A DNA stretch of 64,000 nt from an uncultured Methanosarcinaceae archaeon (GCA_963733675.1 CAVTET010000001.1:640001-704000), one strand, 5' to 3'; shown: positions 1 to 12,077, counted from the first letter of the stretch. Notes: generated by a model from the letters alone, not told the origin. Numbers and translations are program-made.

Positions 1-107
1 TCGGAAGAAATACGGCGATGTTGGCAATCAGCACTTAATAAGCTATAAAAAGTAAATCTGCTTTTGAAATAATCGATTAAGATTCAATGAAGAATTGCAA
101 TAAATTA

Positions 108-178
<71 letters not shown>

Positions 179-573
179 ATTGATATATTTGTGTGAAGTT
201 CAAGATTCTATACTAACTGCTATTCGTGTTACTTTCACGGGATAGTCTTGGTTTAGTTCTATTTCTTATAAATGTATAACGTTACATCTTGTAATTGCCT
301 AAGAAAGCAAATGTTTTACTATAGAAAAGTGGATATTAGATATTACCGGATTACTACTTTAATTGCGGTATGAGGAATTGAAATTCAGAAATATTTGACT
401 GCAAACTGCGAAGTTGCTGCAGTTTGAGTGCTGAGTCTAGCTTTGTACCTGTAACTTGGAGAGCTGCTGACCCCATCGTTTTTCAGATGGCTTGATGCTA
501 TTATTATCCGACCCATGAAAATGTGGTAAAAGTAAATGTTCCTTGAGTTCTAAGATCACAGAGGACATTGATA

Positions 574-1128
574 ATGAGACCTGTTAAAGATGGAATCGAT
601 TCCATCTCCAAATACCTGCGCTCGAAAAAAGAAATTGGTAGAAGAAAAATAGGACTTTTAGTGGACGGTCCAAATATTCTCAGAAAAGAGTTTGATGTGA
701 ATCTGGAGGAGATCAGGGATGTTCTTAAAGATTACGGAAATATCAAAATAGGACGTGTTTTCCTCAATCAGTACGCCTCTGAAAAACTTGTTGAAGCCAT
801 TGAGAATCATGGGCTTGAGCCCATTATCTGTTCCAGCGATGTTGATGTGCGCCTTGCTGTAGAGGGTATGGAGTTGGTCTATAACCCCCATATTGACACA
901 CTAGCACTCGTGACCAGGGATGCTGACTTCAAACCACTCCTTAACAAAGCAAATGAACATGGTAAGGAAACAATCATTTTCGGTGTTGAACCTGGTTTTT
1001 CCACAGCCCTTAAAAATTCTGCAGATTATGTGATTATTATGAAAAAGAGTAGGATGAGCAGTTATGATGAGTCCGATGGAGAGGGACAAGGTGAAGGAAA
1101 AATTGATACATCGGATTTTAAGGAATAA
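574..1128 (+). CDS. NYN-domain protein (TIGR00288/LabA-DUF88-like PIN-fold nuclease)
   Basis: LLVDGPN, DVDVRLAVE and TRDADFKPL motifs of the NYN fold. ATG 574 chosen; the ORF track starts at TTG 568. Confidence 0.88.
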   Translation: MRPVKDGIDSISKYLRSKKEIGRRKIGLLVDGPNILRKEFDVNLEEIRDVLKDYGNIKIGRVFLNQYASEKLVEAIENHGLEPIICSSDVDVRLAVEGMELVYNPHIDTLALVTRDADFKPLLNKANEHGKETIIFGVEPGFSTALKNSADYVIIMKKSRMSSYDESDGEGQGEGKIDTSDFKE

Positions 1129-2432
1129 AGTGATTATATGTAGGAATCTATTGAAAGATCTGACTCATAATACAATAACATAAATAATACAATAAGTACC
1201 TCATTCTAATTAGTTGAATAATTTTTTTGCAAGAATTGGCATAGTATCGTATTTGTCGACTTCGTAGTAGTAGCTGCACAACTGGTTTAAGTATGTTGCG
1301 GCTTTCTAAGACAGCTATAGGGGTAGATTAAATTCCCTCAACACAACTCAAATAAATTTTGGTTTCCCTCTGTGATAACAACATATATTTTGTGACTGTG
1401 ATTATTTAGTCTTCACGGTAAAAAATAAAACTTATCAAAGTTTCGGTGCCATGAAAATATCTCGCTGTAAGTAACTGGGTATTTTCGTGACATGGCTCTA
1501 AGTATATAGGAATTATTCAACATAAATTATTTTCATTTGCTAATATGGTTTTTTCTGGTTTTACTGAGTACAGCTGACTGTACTACAGTCTAATCATTCA
1601 GGGAAACAATTATTGATAACTGCAAAGACAGATGAATATGGGGACAGTTACAAAGCCAACTTAATTATCTTGTTTTGAAAATAAAAGAGAGAATGAGTTA
1701 TGTACAAGAAACACGAGGATCAGTTAAAAAAGAGATATTGAGGGAATAGTTTACGCAGCAACTTGAAAGATGTTCAAAGCAGAAAAAGTTATTGTTAATA
1801 CTGTTCAAAGAGCGAATCTGAAGATGTTGTGAAAACTTTTTTTATAATCTCTATCAGTTGATGAATTGAAACTAAATAAACTATTTCGAAGATAGTGGAA
1901 GCTATCTTCAAAATCAAAGAATAAGGACCTCGAAAAGAAAAATTGGATAAAATACAAAAATTAGCAAGAAAGACACGACAAGATTCCCGAGAAAAAAGAG
2001 GTCAATCGGAATGCTTTAGAGCTTCTAGAAATTCTTAAATATTTATGACAAATGATCCCCATATCTATTTAAGGCATAAAGTAGCATAAGTGGCTTTATC
2101 TAAATTATATCCTCCTACTATAATAATTAACCTGGATATGCAACTTACTAGTTTCATTATGTCAACTAATGTAAGATCATATGTCCTCAAACTATATGAA
2201 TTAAATTACTGTGTTCCAATAAAGAACGAAGTCAAGTGTATAAAAGTCAAGTTTCTTTTTATGCTGCCCTACTATAAATAATACGACTGTTGATTCTATC
2301 TATATAAGGAGAATATTTAATGCATAGAGATTATTGGGAATAATTTGAAATTAATGAGGATAAAAACATGTGAGATTATTTTGGGGATGGTTGACAATTA
2401 TATAATTAATAAGAATTACAGTCATTACGTAA

Positions 2433-3329
2433 TTGATAGTGATACATTCTCTAATAATATCGAAATTACTGAGAAAAAAACCAAAAGTTTCATTCGTGAT
2501 TCCAACATTTAACAGCGAAAGGAATTTAGATGAGTGTTTAAGTAGTATTTCCAATCAAGATTATCCTGATATGAAAATTATTGTTGTTGATAACGGCTCT
2601 GATGACAAGACAGTAGATATCGCAAAAAAATATACTCAAAATGTATATTTTGATAATGGCAAATTAGGGAGTATTCGGCAAACAGGAATAGATCATGCTA
2701 CTGGCAAGGTAGTCGGTAGTTTTGATAGTGATAATTACTTCCCTCACAATAAATGGTTACTCAACCCAATCAAATACTTTTACTACAACAACGACATTGG
2801 AACTGTTTGGCCAAAGAATATTGCTCCGCCAAATAGACCTCCATTTATGAAAATGTACATGAATTTTAGTAACCTTCTACTTGAAGATCGTATCAAGAGG
2901 AAGAGAGGCATAGTCGGTGGAGGATGTGTATTATTTCTTAAGAAAGCTATTGATGAGGTCGGAGGTGTTGATAGAGATGTTCATTGGGGAGAAGACTTCA
3001 ATTTGGCTAAAAAATTGAAAGACCAAGGTTACAAGTTAGTTTATATTAAGGATCCAATTTATCATGATACTGATATGGGTTTGTCAATGAAGAAATTTGT
3101 GAAAAAACAAATTCTCGGTGCAACATCTTTTACAAAAAATAACTTTCAATCTACAGGGCTATCTATAAAAGAACTATTCCATGAACAAATTGTTATCGGT
3201 ACTATTGGCATGGTCAGAGGTGTTATAAAGGAAAGAAATTTTTCATGGTTGCTGTTCCCATTTTTGTTGTTCACACGACTAATTATATATGCCTTAATAT
3301 TTACTAAAAATTTATTCAAATTTAGGTAA
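2433..3329 (+). CDS. Glycosyltransferase family 2
   Basis: VSFVIPTFNS, VVDNGSDD, DxD (FDSD), GEDF motif and a C-terminal hydrophobic segment; start codon uncertain. Confidence 0.9.
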   Translation: MIVIHSLIISKLLRKKPKVSFVIPTFNSERNLDECLSSISNQDYPDMKIIVVDNGSDDKTVDIAKKYTQNVYFDNGKLGSIRQTGIDHATGKVVGSFDSDNYFPHNKWLLNPIKYFYYNNDIGTVWPKNIAPPNRPPFMKMYMNFSNLLLEDRIKRKRGIVGGGCVLFLKKAIDEVGGVDRDVHWGEDFNLAKKLKDQGYKLVYIKDPIYHDTDMGLSMKKFVKKQILGATSFTKNNFQSTGLSIKELFHEQIVIGTIGMVRGVIKERNFSWLLFPFLLFTRLIIYALIFTKNLFKFR

Positions 3330-3984
3330 CTGCTGTTGAATATTCACAATTAGATATTTTATTGCTTCGGTAGTTTGACTGGTCACAAATACTTGATCCT
3401 TAGGGGGACGTAAACCTCGCAGAATGTTTTATTTTTGTTTGAATCGATAAACATCATTACTTTCTGATCTCAGTTTGCTAGTATACACTAATTTCTAACG
3501 AAATTCATTCCTATTTTAATCTCAAGGTGATTTTACTAAACTTATAAATATTTAATATTTGGTTGTATATCTCAACTTACAGTTTAAGTTTTTGTCATAA
3601 ATTATTTTTTGATATTCTCAAAATTAGCACAGCTATACTTTTTAATTCAATTTTAATTAAGTTTATTGTAGTTGTCAAGTTCAGCAGTCTTTTCTTGATG
3701 AATTTTGTGGACAGATGTTCGATCACATTGAATTCGTAGATTATTAGTGGCATGTAACTAGTCAGCTTACTAAATGTCAATTGGTAAAATATCTATTTTA
3801 GTGCAAAAGATAATTCTGATTCCTACTCATGAAAAATAAAAAGTATGATCAATAGTTAACAGTAAAATAAGATCGGCCTACAGAGATTTGTTCATTAAAT
3901 TTTAGTAAAAATCGCTATTGTTAGTGTATTTGCTAGTTTGAATAGTTACGTGTCATGAATAATTCATCAAAGTTTTGGTGGCAA

Positions 3985-4470
3985 GTTCCGCTGCAAACAA
4001 TGATACGTTCAAGCTACTTTTCTGGCTATAACGGCATTACTCAAAACCAAATATTTTCATTTGATCATATGACTTTTTTCCCCTGGTTTTCAACATAGTT
4101 TCTAATTATACTGGAAGTTTTACTAAAACCGATAGTTCAAAATAACTTCCCTGACTTCATAGTTCACTACATAATAGTTTTTTTATTTCCTAATATTCTT
4201 TCAAGATTTTTCTTGTTGTGATACTTTATAGAATCAGCATCACTATAGAAGGAGAATATTTTGGTTCAGCACCAACGAAAGGACGTACATGATCAACATA
4301 AGTACTAATCACATCAGACTCAAAACAATGTCTTTGACCAACTTCGAAGCATATATAATTCAAATCGTTATTGATGTCATTGTCTTGGAAAAATCTCGAT
4401 TTTATACAAAAAAAAATGTGATATCTCATTTATATACCCAGCAGTTTGCATGCCGCAGTTCTATTTTATA
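3985..4470 (-). pseudogene. Decayed IS200/IS605-family Y1 transposase (tnpA) relic
   Basis: Minus-strand fragments ELRHAN, RYHIFFCIK, DHVRPFVGAEPKYSPS (eroded HUH motif) and SYDQMKIFGFE*, broken by frameshifts; similar to the relic at 29.4-30.0 kb. Confidence 0.75.
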
Positions 4471-5581
4471 ATGTAAATCTAGCTTAAAATATGGACAACT
4501 TGGCTAACAATGGATATTCGGAAAGTTTCCATCCTCTGCAGCAGATTGCTGGTTAACAGAATTGAATAAAGGTGCAAGAATATCCCCACAAATGTTATTA
4601 TATTATAATGTTCTTAATGTTTTGATCTAAATTTCGTTTGTTTAACTAGTTGAATACTTTCTCAATATATTTTTTCACGATACGTTTCATCCCTTTCCGA
4701 AAATATTTAACCCTTTTTTAATTTTAGACAGGGAATGTCTTCCATTTATAATCTAACATTTTAGAGTTCAATTACTTACTATAATAGGCTCTTCGAGCTT
4801 GGCCCTTATAAGATTAATCAAGCTCAATATCCCTTTTTTGCCCCTTAATTTTTGAAGTGGGTTCATTTTTACAATTACTTTCTGAATTTTCTTTGCTTTA
4901 TGTGGATTCTTCAGAGAAGTTCTTGCTTTTGTTTCCAACTGCATCTTTTGAAAAGATTCATCCGACATTCTGCAGATGTATATACAATTCGTTTGCCTAT
5001 TTGCTCATTATTATTCATGAAGATTATATGAATTTTTAAGCTATTTTAATATTTGAAAAACAGATGTAATTCTTGTGTACAGCTGCAGGAAGTGGGAAAG
5101 ATGTAGTAAATGTCAAAAACAAGGAGAGTGCAATTTTCATTTATTTGAGCCTGTTATTCGAAGAATTTCGTGTTAGTTTTTAACTTTTTTGATATTCAAG
5201 GAACCTTTTTAGATGTTTGTGATATATGGGTCATTTTACCCCTTCAACATTCTGTTATACAGCGCAAAGAGATGTGCTTTATACTATAATGTTTTAGCTT
5301 ATCATTTTTATACCCTCTTCGCTTAAAAGTTATGGGACTTGTGCACTTGAAGTACAAAACCGAACCCAATAGTGACAATAACCAAATTCGCTTTTTGTGC
5401 AGTATAAGGTTTAAAGGTTATTTATTTCGTAGTTCAACCTCGTAAGAGTGATGTTATCTCATTTGTATCATCTAGAGGTACTAAACACATAAAGATTATT
5501 ATTTTTGTGCCCATAATTAATAATTATGTAGGAAAATAGTACATCTGATAGCCTCAGTTGTGTATGAAACTTGTTAACCCA

Positions 5582-6004
5582 TTAAGATGAATTAGTTTGG
5601 CCTTGTTTACTTGACGTTTGTATTTGGTGATAGTTATTGCGTCCGACTTGGTATCCAGCACTTTTCCCTTGCAAGTATCCGTTATTGAATCCGTCAGTGT
5701 ATCCTAGATCAAAGGTAGAACTGCTCTTTAATACCAAGTTAATTTTCCCACCACTTCCAACTTTATTTTCTAGTCCTTTTTGACAGTTGCTATGTCCATC
5801 TTTCATTCCAGCAGTGTATCCTACGGTGGATCCATCATGGAATCCTCTACTATACCCATCAAGATACATTTTTTTAGAAATTAGTCCAAACTTGCTGATG
5901 TCAGTATTTGCGTTTACTGCAACACATGCAACTGATATTATTAAAATAATTACTAAGAGAAGATTCAGTGCCTTTCCTGCTCTAACAACTGTTTGCTTTT
6001 TCAT
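5582..6004 (-). CDS. Secreted hypothetical protein with G(Y/F)xxG repeats
   Basis: Basic N-terminus, hydrophobic signal ending AVNA, repeated GYSRG/GFHDG/GYTAG/GYTDG/GYLQG; GAGGG upstream of the ATG. Confidence 0.65.
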   Translation of the reverse strand: MKKQTVVRAGKALNLLLVIILIISVACVAVNANTDISKFGLISKKMYLDGYSRGFHDGSTVGYTAGMKDGHSNCQKGLENKVGSGGKINLVLKSSSTFDLGYTDGFNNGYLQGKSAGYQVGRNNYHQIQTSSKQGQTNSS

Positions 6005-6089
6005 CTATCGGCCCTCAATTTCTGCTCATTTTTATATATTTTTAAATAATTACATTTTTTACTCAATATGTCCTTGTCCTCCAGCTTCT

Positions 6090-6952
6090 GGTTCCGTTGC
6101 AAAAACTTCAATAAAATATGTAAATCTATAAGTGATTAATAAAAATCAAAACATTCAAGGAAAATGTACTAACATTATAAAACTATACCAAATAATTGAT
6201 TAATGTATTTGACTTCATTAAGAACAGAGTAATTTAGATCGATTACTTGTCCTTTTTTGATCATATTTATAGCTTCAATTCCTTTTAAAGTCTTATTAGC
6301 AGATCGAAAAGACTGAAATCCTAACATTGGATTAACGATTCTCTTTATAGATCTGTGATCTTGTTCTATAATGTTATTCAAATACTTGATTTGTCGAATG
6401 CCTACGTTTTTAGGTAGTATTTTATCATTTTTCAGTTTATCTATAGCAGGTGGATAAGCTGGATTCTTATCAACTGTTATTAATCTTGGAATTTGATTAT
6501 GATTAGAACTTAAAGCTTTCTTAAAGAATCTCTTCGCTGCTTTTCTATCTCGTTTTGAACTTAACATGAAATCAATTGTGTCTCCATCTGAGTCAACTGC
6601 TCGGTAAAAATATTTCCATTTACCTTTTATTTTGATATAGGTTTCATCAACTCTCCACGAATCATTTGTTGGTCTTAAATGTCTTCTTATCTTCTTTTCT
6701 ATTTCAGGGGAATATTGATGTACCCATCTCATGATTGTTGTATGGTCGACTTTTACTCCCCTTTCTGCCATCATTTCCTTCAAATTTCTATAACTTAATG
6801 CATATTTTAAGTACCATCTTACATTCAATAAGATAATTTCCCCTTCATAATGCTTCCATTTAAAGGAATGAGATAGCATGATAGCATATTACTACCTTTG
6901 GTTTTCTTTTTATTCTATTGTATCATTAGAAAGGATTTTTTGCAACGGAACC
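6090..6952 (-). mobile_element. IS6-family insertion sequence, full length (863 bp)
   Basis: TIR GGTTCCGTTGCAAAAA at 6090 and its inverse ending at 6952; no flanking target duplication. Confidence 0.95.
6175..6879 (-). CDS. IS6-family DDE transposase
   Basis: FKWKHY..VRWYLKY N-terminus; WRVDETY, TVDKNPAY and NNIIEQDHR give the DDE triad. Confidence 0.95.
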   Translation of the reverse strand: MLSHSFKWKHYEGEIILLNVRWYLKYALSYRNLKEMMAERGVKVDHTTIMRWVHQYSPEIEKKIRRHLRPTNDSWRVDETYIKIKGKWKYFYRAVDSDGDTIDFMLSSKRDRKAAKRFFKKALSSNHNQIPRLITVDKNPAYPPAIDKLKNDKILPKNVGIRQIKYLNNIIEQDHRSIKRIVNPMLGFQSFRSANKTLKGIEAINMIKKGQVIDLNYSVLNEVKYINQLFGIVL

Positions 6953-6999
6953 AAAATTATAGTGTCAAAATGCAGAAATATTATTTTTGCAACGGAACC
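6953..6999. mobile_element. Terminal 47 bp of the IS6-related MITE
   Basis: Identical to 35616-35662, including the TIR TTTTTGCAACGGAACC. Confidence 0.88.
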
Positions 7000-7074
7000 C
7001 ATAATAGGTGTGATACCCGCTCTGCATGAATAAACTTATGGAGATGATAACATCGTTATAATCAAATTTGGCCT

Positions 7075-7515
7075 CTATAAAGCTTTTGCGGTTGCAGTAT
7101 CACTAATGATTCCTGATATCGACTGTGGAGTTGTTATACTCGCTGAATTGGTTATAGAACCAGCTTCAAGATCTTCCTGCTTTATTGTGTAGTTTGCCTG
7201 CCCTGTAACAAAAGGTGAAGAATATGTTCCACCAATAACATCAAGCTCTGGAACACCATCGGAGAGAACTACTAGTCCAGTTTTGTTGTCTGTAACATTA
7301 ATATATCCTGAGATAGGTGAAGACCCTATGTTGATCACGGTGTAATCGAATGTGATATTTTGCCCTACAGCACTATAAGTCATTGGAGATGCTGTTTCTA
7401 CTATTAACACATTATATGTTTGTATTGCTGCAGCAGACGTCACGGATAACACAAAAAAGATGGCCAATAGAATAGCGAGTGGCCCCATTAGTTGGTATAA
7501 TTTAAATTTTCCCAT
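7075..7515 (-). CDS. Secreted Ig-like (DUF11/DUF7507-type) surface protein
   Basis: Signal peptide, then TYSAVGQNITFDYTVINIG and YTIKQEDLEAGSITNSA, typical of this repeat domain. Confidence 0.7.
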   Translation of the reverse strand: MGKFKLYQLMGPLAILLAIFFVLSVTSAAAIQTYNVLIVETASPMTYSAVGQNITFDYTVINIGSSPISGYINVTDNKTGLVVLSDGVPELDVIGGTYSSPFVTGQANYTIKQEDLEAGSITNSASITTPQSISGIISDTATAKAL

Positions 7516-8804
7516 TTATTTACCCCCTTATTTTTTTACAAGTATTTAAATAATAATTCTGAATAAGTTAGACAAGTTTCACTATTAGCCTACAACCCAA
7601 ACTTTTTAAAATTCATGCCAAAATTTATTCCAATAAGTATCATTTTTTAGATTTACACAAAAATACACATTTATAAGCATGTCTATAAGAAAAAATATAT
7701 TTACTAGTACAATATATTTTAAAATATATGAATATAATGGAATTTATTTTCCGTAATATAAACAGCTTATATTATATCTGTAAAGACTTATGAAAATGAT
7801 ACTCACACATCTCTAAGAATACTTAATGACCATATCTAAGCATACAAAAAAAGTAGGTACGATACTATTTTTTATAGTTATTTGGTTCGTATAGTCACAA
7901 TTATATTTGTAGAAGATTTTCAAACCCGAGATATTCTACTTTTTCCGTATCTAAACAAACTTTTGGCACTGAAAAGCATTGATCCTTGAGAACCTTCAAC
8001 TCTACGATTGTGTTGGGATATCCGGATCATAAAATGCAGCTGAGTGACCTTAGCAAACGCATAAGTTTTGCCACGAAAAGCTATGCATGAAAATAAATGG
8101 TAGTTAACTACCCTTTATCTTAGCATAGGGCAATTGACTAATATAATTTGCATAAATTCTAAAAAAAATAAAAAAATCGAAAGTTTTATCTTAAAGGCGA
8201 ATATTAAAAAAATTAAATTAAAATCGAAAGCTAAAGTCACGACGGTGATCTACCATGGTCAGGTTTTTCAATATGATCTAATGTCAGCAAATCCATTTGA
8301 TTTAGATATACTTCATCACAAGTTGTTATTTAATACAGTAGAACAATCTCTTTATTTAACTTTGTAACATCCAATAAATATATTCGTAACTCATCCTCAC
8401 TCGACCAGAATATAATGCTAGTGAAGTTTAATATATGGATCTGAAGTTGAAATTTATTTTGTACTTAGGACTTACGTACTTGAAAATACAAAATCAAGTA
8501 CTGTAAATATGAGGTTAAAAATATACATTTAGATAGTTAAAGGCTTAAAATCTATTAATATTTTGATTCAACTTTTTAAGTCCAAGATAATTTAATTAGA
8601 AATTTCCTATGATTAACAATTCTAGAAAAAAATTGACAATATAAATTAAAAAAGCATTCACCTTTTGCCTTAAATTTATACTCACTACTCAGTTAAGGCC
8701 TTTTACGGAGCAAAATTTTATTAGCCGGAGAGAAAAAGTAATTTCAATTAATAGTTTATGTTTTTGATAAATTCGTGAAAACTCGAAATTTATGATTATG
8801 GGAA

Positions 8805-9962
8805 GTGAAACTCATGATATATACATATCTGAACCCAAGAGTAGCACTCATGGGAGCTGGCTGCGTAAAAAGAATCGGCAAACAGGCAACGGAACTTGGA
8901 GGCACAAAAGCTCTGATTGTTTCAGGCAAAAGTAGACATGGAGAAGAACTTGCAGAATATATACGGAAAATCATTGAAAATTCAGGGCTGAAAGTAGCTA
9001 TTTTTGCAGGAGCAGAACCGAACCCCACTGACAATTCGATTATGGAAGGGGCAAAAGTTTACAAAAACGAAAAATGTGATATGATCGTTGCTGTTGGAGG
9101 AGGAAGCCCGATGGACTGTGCAAAGGCAGTTGGCATTGTGGTTAAGAATGGAGGGAAGATTAATGATTATGAAGGCGTTGGGAAAGTTACGAAAGGAATT
9201 CCACCTCTTATTACGGTAAACACAACAGCTGGTACTGGGAGCGAGATGACGAGGGTTACAATTATTACGGACACAAAGAGACATATCAAGATGGCAATCG
9301 TTGACTCTCACATCACGCCTGAAGTAGCAGTTAACGATCCAGAGCTAATGGTAAGTATGCCGCCTGAACTCACGGCTGCAACCGGGATGGATGCCCTTAC
9401 TCATGCAGTTGAAGCTTATGTTTCCACCATGGCTACCCCGACTACTGATGCTGCTGCTATCAAGGCAATCGAGCTTATTTCAAAATACCTGCGAAAAGCC
9501 ATTGCTAATGGAGAGGACGTCAGAACAAGGGACATGATGGCACACGCTGAATATCTAGCGGGCATTGCTTTCAATAATGCAAGCCTTGGCTATGTACATT
9601 CGATGGCTCATCAACTCGGTGGATTTTATGACCTTCCGCACGGAATCTGTAATGCAATACTTATGCCCTATGTGGAGATGTACAACAAGCAAGTCTGTTT
9701 AGAGCGTTTTGCAGATATCGCAAAGTCAATGGGAGAAAATATTGACGGCTTAAGTCCAGAAGAAGCTGCAGATAAAGCCATCGATGCCATCAAAAAACTT
9801 GTAGCTGAGATTGGAATTCCCTCTGGCTTAAAAGAACTCGGAGCTAGGGAAGAAGACTTTGAGCTCTTGGCTGAAAATGCCATGAAGGATCACTGTCGCC
9901 TAACAAATCCCAGATGTTTCTCAAAAGAAGATATTATCGATATTTACAGGAAAGCCATGTAA
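8805..9962 (+). CDS. Iron-containing (group III) alcohol dehydrogenase
   Basis: GGGSPMD, TTAGTGSE, GMDALTHAVE, HSMAHQLGG and LPHG metal-ligand motifs. Confidence 0.93.
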   Translation: MKLMIYTYLNPRVALMGAGCVKRIGKQATELGGTKALIVSGKSRHGEELAEYIRKIIENSGLKVAIFAGAEPNPTDNSIMEGAKVYKNEKCDMIVAVGGGSPMDCAKAVGIVVKNGGKINDYEGVGKVTKGIPPLITVNTTAGTGSEMTRVTIITDTKRHIKMAIVDSHITPEVAVNDPELMVSMPPELTAATGMDALTHAVEAYVSTMATPTTDAAAIKAIELISKYLRKAIANGEDVRTRDMMAHAEYLAGIAFNNASLGYVHSMAHQLGGFYDLPHGICNAILMPYVEMYNKQVCLERFADIAKSMGENIDGLSPEEAADKAIDAIKKLVAEIGIPSGLKELGAREEDFELLAENAMKDHCRLTNPRCFSKEDIIDIYRKAM

Positions 9963-10315
9963 CACGGAATTTAATGGTTAATTTCACTTAAGATATTATA
10001 ACCACGGAAAGCACATAAATCCCTTTGCTCTTGAGTCCCTTCTTTCGCGTTTTCCGTACTTTAAGAGGTAATCTCTTAATGTGACATCAGTCAAGTAATT
10101 TTGGACTTAATAATTCAGTACTTGTTATCGTTTTCGATAGTTTCAGCAGAAATTCACAACAATTAACGGGGAAATATCGTGAATTTTAAACGGTTCATGA
10201 GAAAGGTTCTATCCCAGAGCGCACATTTACATAAAAATGTGCATCAAAAAAGTAGAGTGGCAAATTAATTACAAAGTTTGCTGTAGTTAGACAAACAAAT
10301 GAATTATAGTCCTAA

Positions 10316-10768
10316 TTAATCGACAACTGCACATGCAAAATGCCCATGCTCATAATGTCCATACTTTCGTCCTTGTAAGTAACGCCCTTCGATGTCTGTT
10401 GGACTCAGGTCCTCATATAGCTGGAATCCTAAACTTGCAAGGTCATCGGCCAAGTTTGAAGGATTGAAGCCTCTACTTTTTATTGGTTCACCTACTTGTC
10501 TCAAATACTCTAATAGCTCTCGCATTTGTGGAAGCATCTTTTCAGGAATAAATGCAGCGGTATCTATATAATCGAAAACTAAAGTGCTGCCAGCAGGAGC
10601 AAGGTCAGAGATGAAACGCAGTGTCGCCAATACATCTTTTTGGGGCAAGTACGGGATGACACCGAACCAACTGAAGAAACCTTTAATTTTTGGGTCATAA
10701 GATACTGAGCGAGTGAGTGCTGTTACTAAATTTTCCTTTGTGAAAGGAAGAATAAAATGAGACATCAC
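10316..10768 (-). pseudogene. C-terminal fragment of a class I SAM-dependent methyltransferase (LCM/TIGR00027-like)
   Basis: FFSWFGVIPYL..TLRFISDLAPAGSTLVFDY matches the C-terminal half; the N-terminal SAM-binding part is absent. Confidence 0.65.
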
Positions 10769-10949
10769 TAGATTCTGGAATTGTGTCTCCTAATAGAGTT
10801 TGTTCCTAAATCGAGTAATTTCTCATATTGAGTTAATAACTAAATTTTTGAACAGAGTCGATTGAGATGCGCAAATATTTAAGAATACTTAGATTAAATT
10901 TAGGATAACAATTGAAGTTTGTATTTATGTTAACATTGGGGTAAAATAA

Positions 10950-11306
10950 ATGGCTAGAGTCTTAACTGGTGCATTTATAGGTGCAGCTTGTACGGTTATT
11001 TTTTATTTCATCCCAGCTGTAAATGCTATAGCTCCTCTGCTAGGTGGTCTTTTAGCTGGCTACTATGCAGAAGGAGATTTTGATGGAGGCCTTAAAACTG
11101 GAGTTCTAATGACTATATTCATGGTCATTCCTGGGATCTTTTTAGGAGGAATGCTTGGATCAATGTTCATAGGTGCTCCAGTTATTGGAACTTTTGTAGC
11201 CGCCTCTACGTTTATATTAACACTGATTATCGTAGCCCATACCGCTGTGATAGGTATCATCGGTTCAGTATTTGGAGCTATTCTTGGAGAAAAAAAGATA
11301 ATCTGA
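10950..11306 (+). CDS. Small Gly-rich membrane protein (DUF5518-like)
   Basis: About four hydrophobic helices with GG/GxxxG motifs; GGGGT upstream of the ATG. Confidence 0.7.
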   Translation: MARVLTGAFIGAACTVIFYFIPAVNAIAPLLGGLLAGYYAEGDFDGGLKTGVLMTIFMVIPGIFLGGMLGSMFIGAPVIGTFVAASTFILTLIIVAHTAVIGIIGSVFGAILGEKKII

Positions 11307-11476
11307 CATTGGATCTGATTCTTAAATTTTAAAACTGAAAATCTAGAAAACACTTAAAAAATTTGATTAAATGCGATAGACTCAATTCCAAAATGAACAT
11401 GAAATTCTTCGAATTCTCCACCTGACTTTAGTGTGCCAAAAGTTCTGTAAAACATGATCTTATGTATCCTTTTCTT

Positions 11477-11619
11477 GGTTCCGTTGCAAAAAATCCTTTC
11501 TAATGATACAATAGAATAAAAAGAAAACCAAAGATAGTAATATGCTATCTAATTCCTTTAAATGGAAGCATTATGAAGGAGAAATTATCCTATTGAATGT
11601 AAGATGGTACTTAAAATAT
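11477..11619 (+). mobile_element. IS6 left-end fragment (143 bp), cut by a second IS6 copy
   Basis: TIR at 11477 and transposase start MLSNSFKWKHY..YLKY, then a new TIR begins at 11620. Confidence 0.9.
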
Positions 11620-12077
11620 GGTTCCGTTGCAAAAATCCTTTCTAATGATACAATAGAATAAAAAGAAAACCAAAGATAGTAATATGCTATCTAATTCCTT
11701 TAAATGGAAGCATTATGAAGGAGAAATTATCCTATTGAATGTAAGATGGTACTTAAAATATCCATTGAGCTATAGAAATTTAAAGGAAATGATGGCAGAA
11801 AGGGGAGTAAAAGTCGACCATACAACAATCATGAGATGGGTACATCAATATTCCCCTGAACTAGAAAAGAAGATAAGAAGACATTTAAGACTAACAAACT
11901 ATTCGTGGAAAGTTGATGAAACCTATATCAAAATAAAAGGTAAATGGAAATATCTTTACCGAGCAGTTGACTCAAATGGAGATACAATTGATTTCATGTT
12001 AAGTGCAAAACGAAATCGAAATGCAGCGAAGAGATTTTTTAAGAAAGCTTTGAGTTCTAATCATAATCAAATTCCAA
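11620..12077 (+). mobile_element. IS6 copy truncated by a MITE (transposase pseudogene from 11684)
   Basis: TIR at 11620; transposase homology stops at NHNQIP where GGTACTGTTGCAAAAA begins. Confidence 0.92.

Noticed and set aside
1-56. 3' end of an upstream gene (SEEIRRCWQSALNKL* or RKKYGDVGNQHLISYKK*)
   Set aside because: Too short to fix the frame or family.
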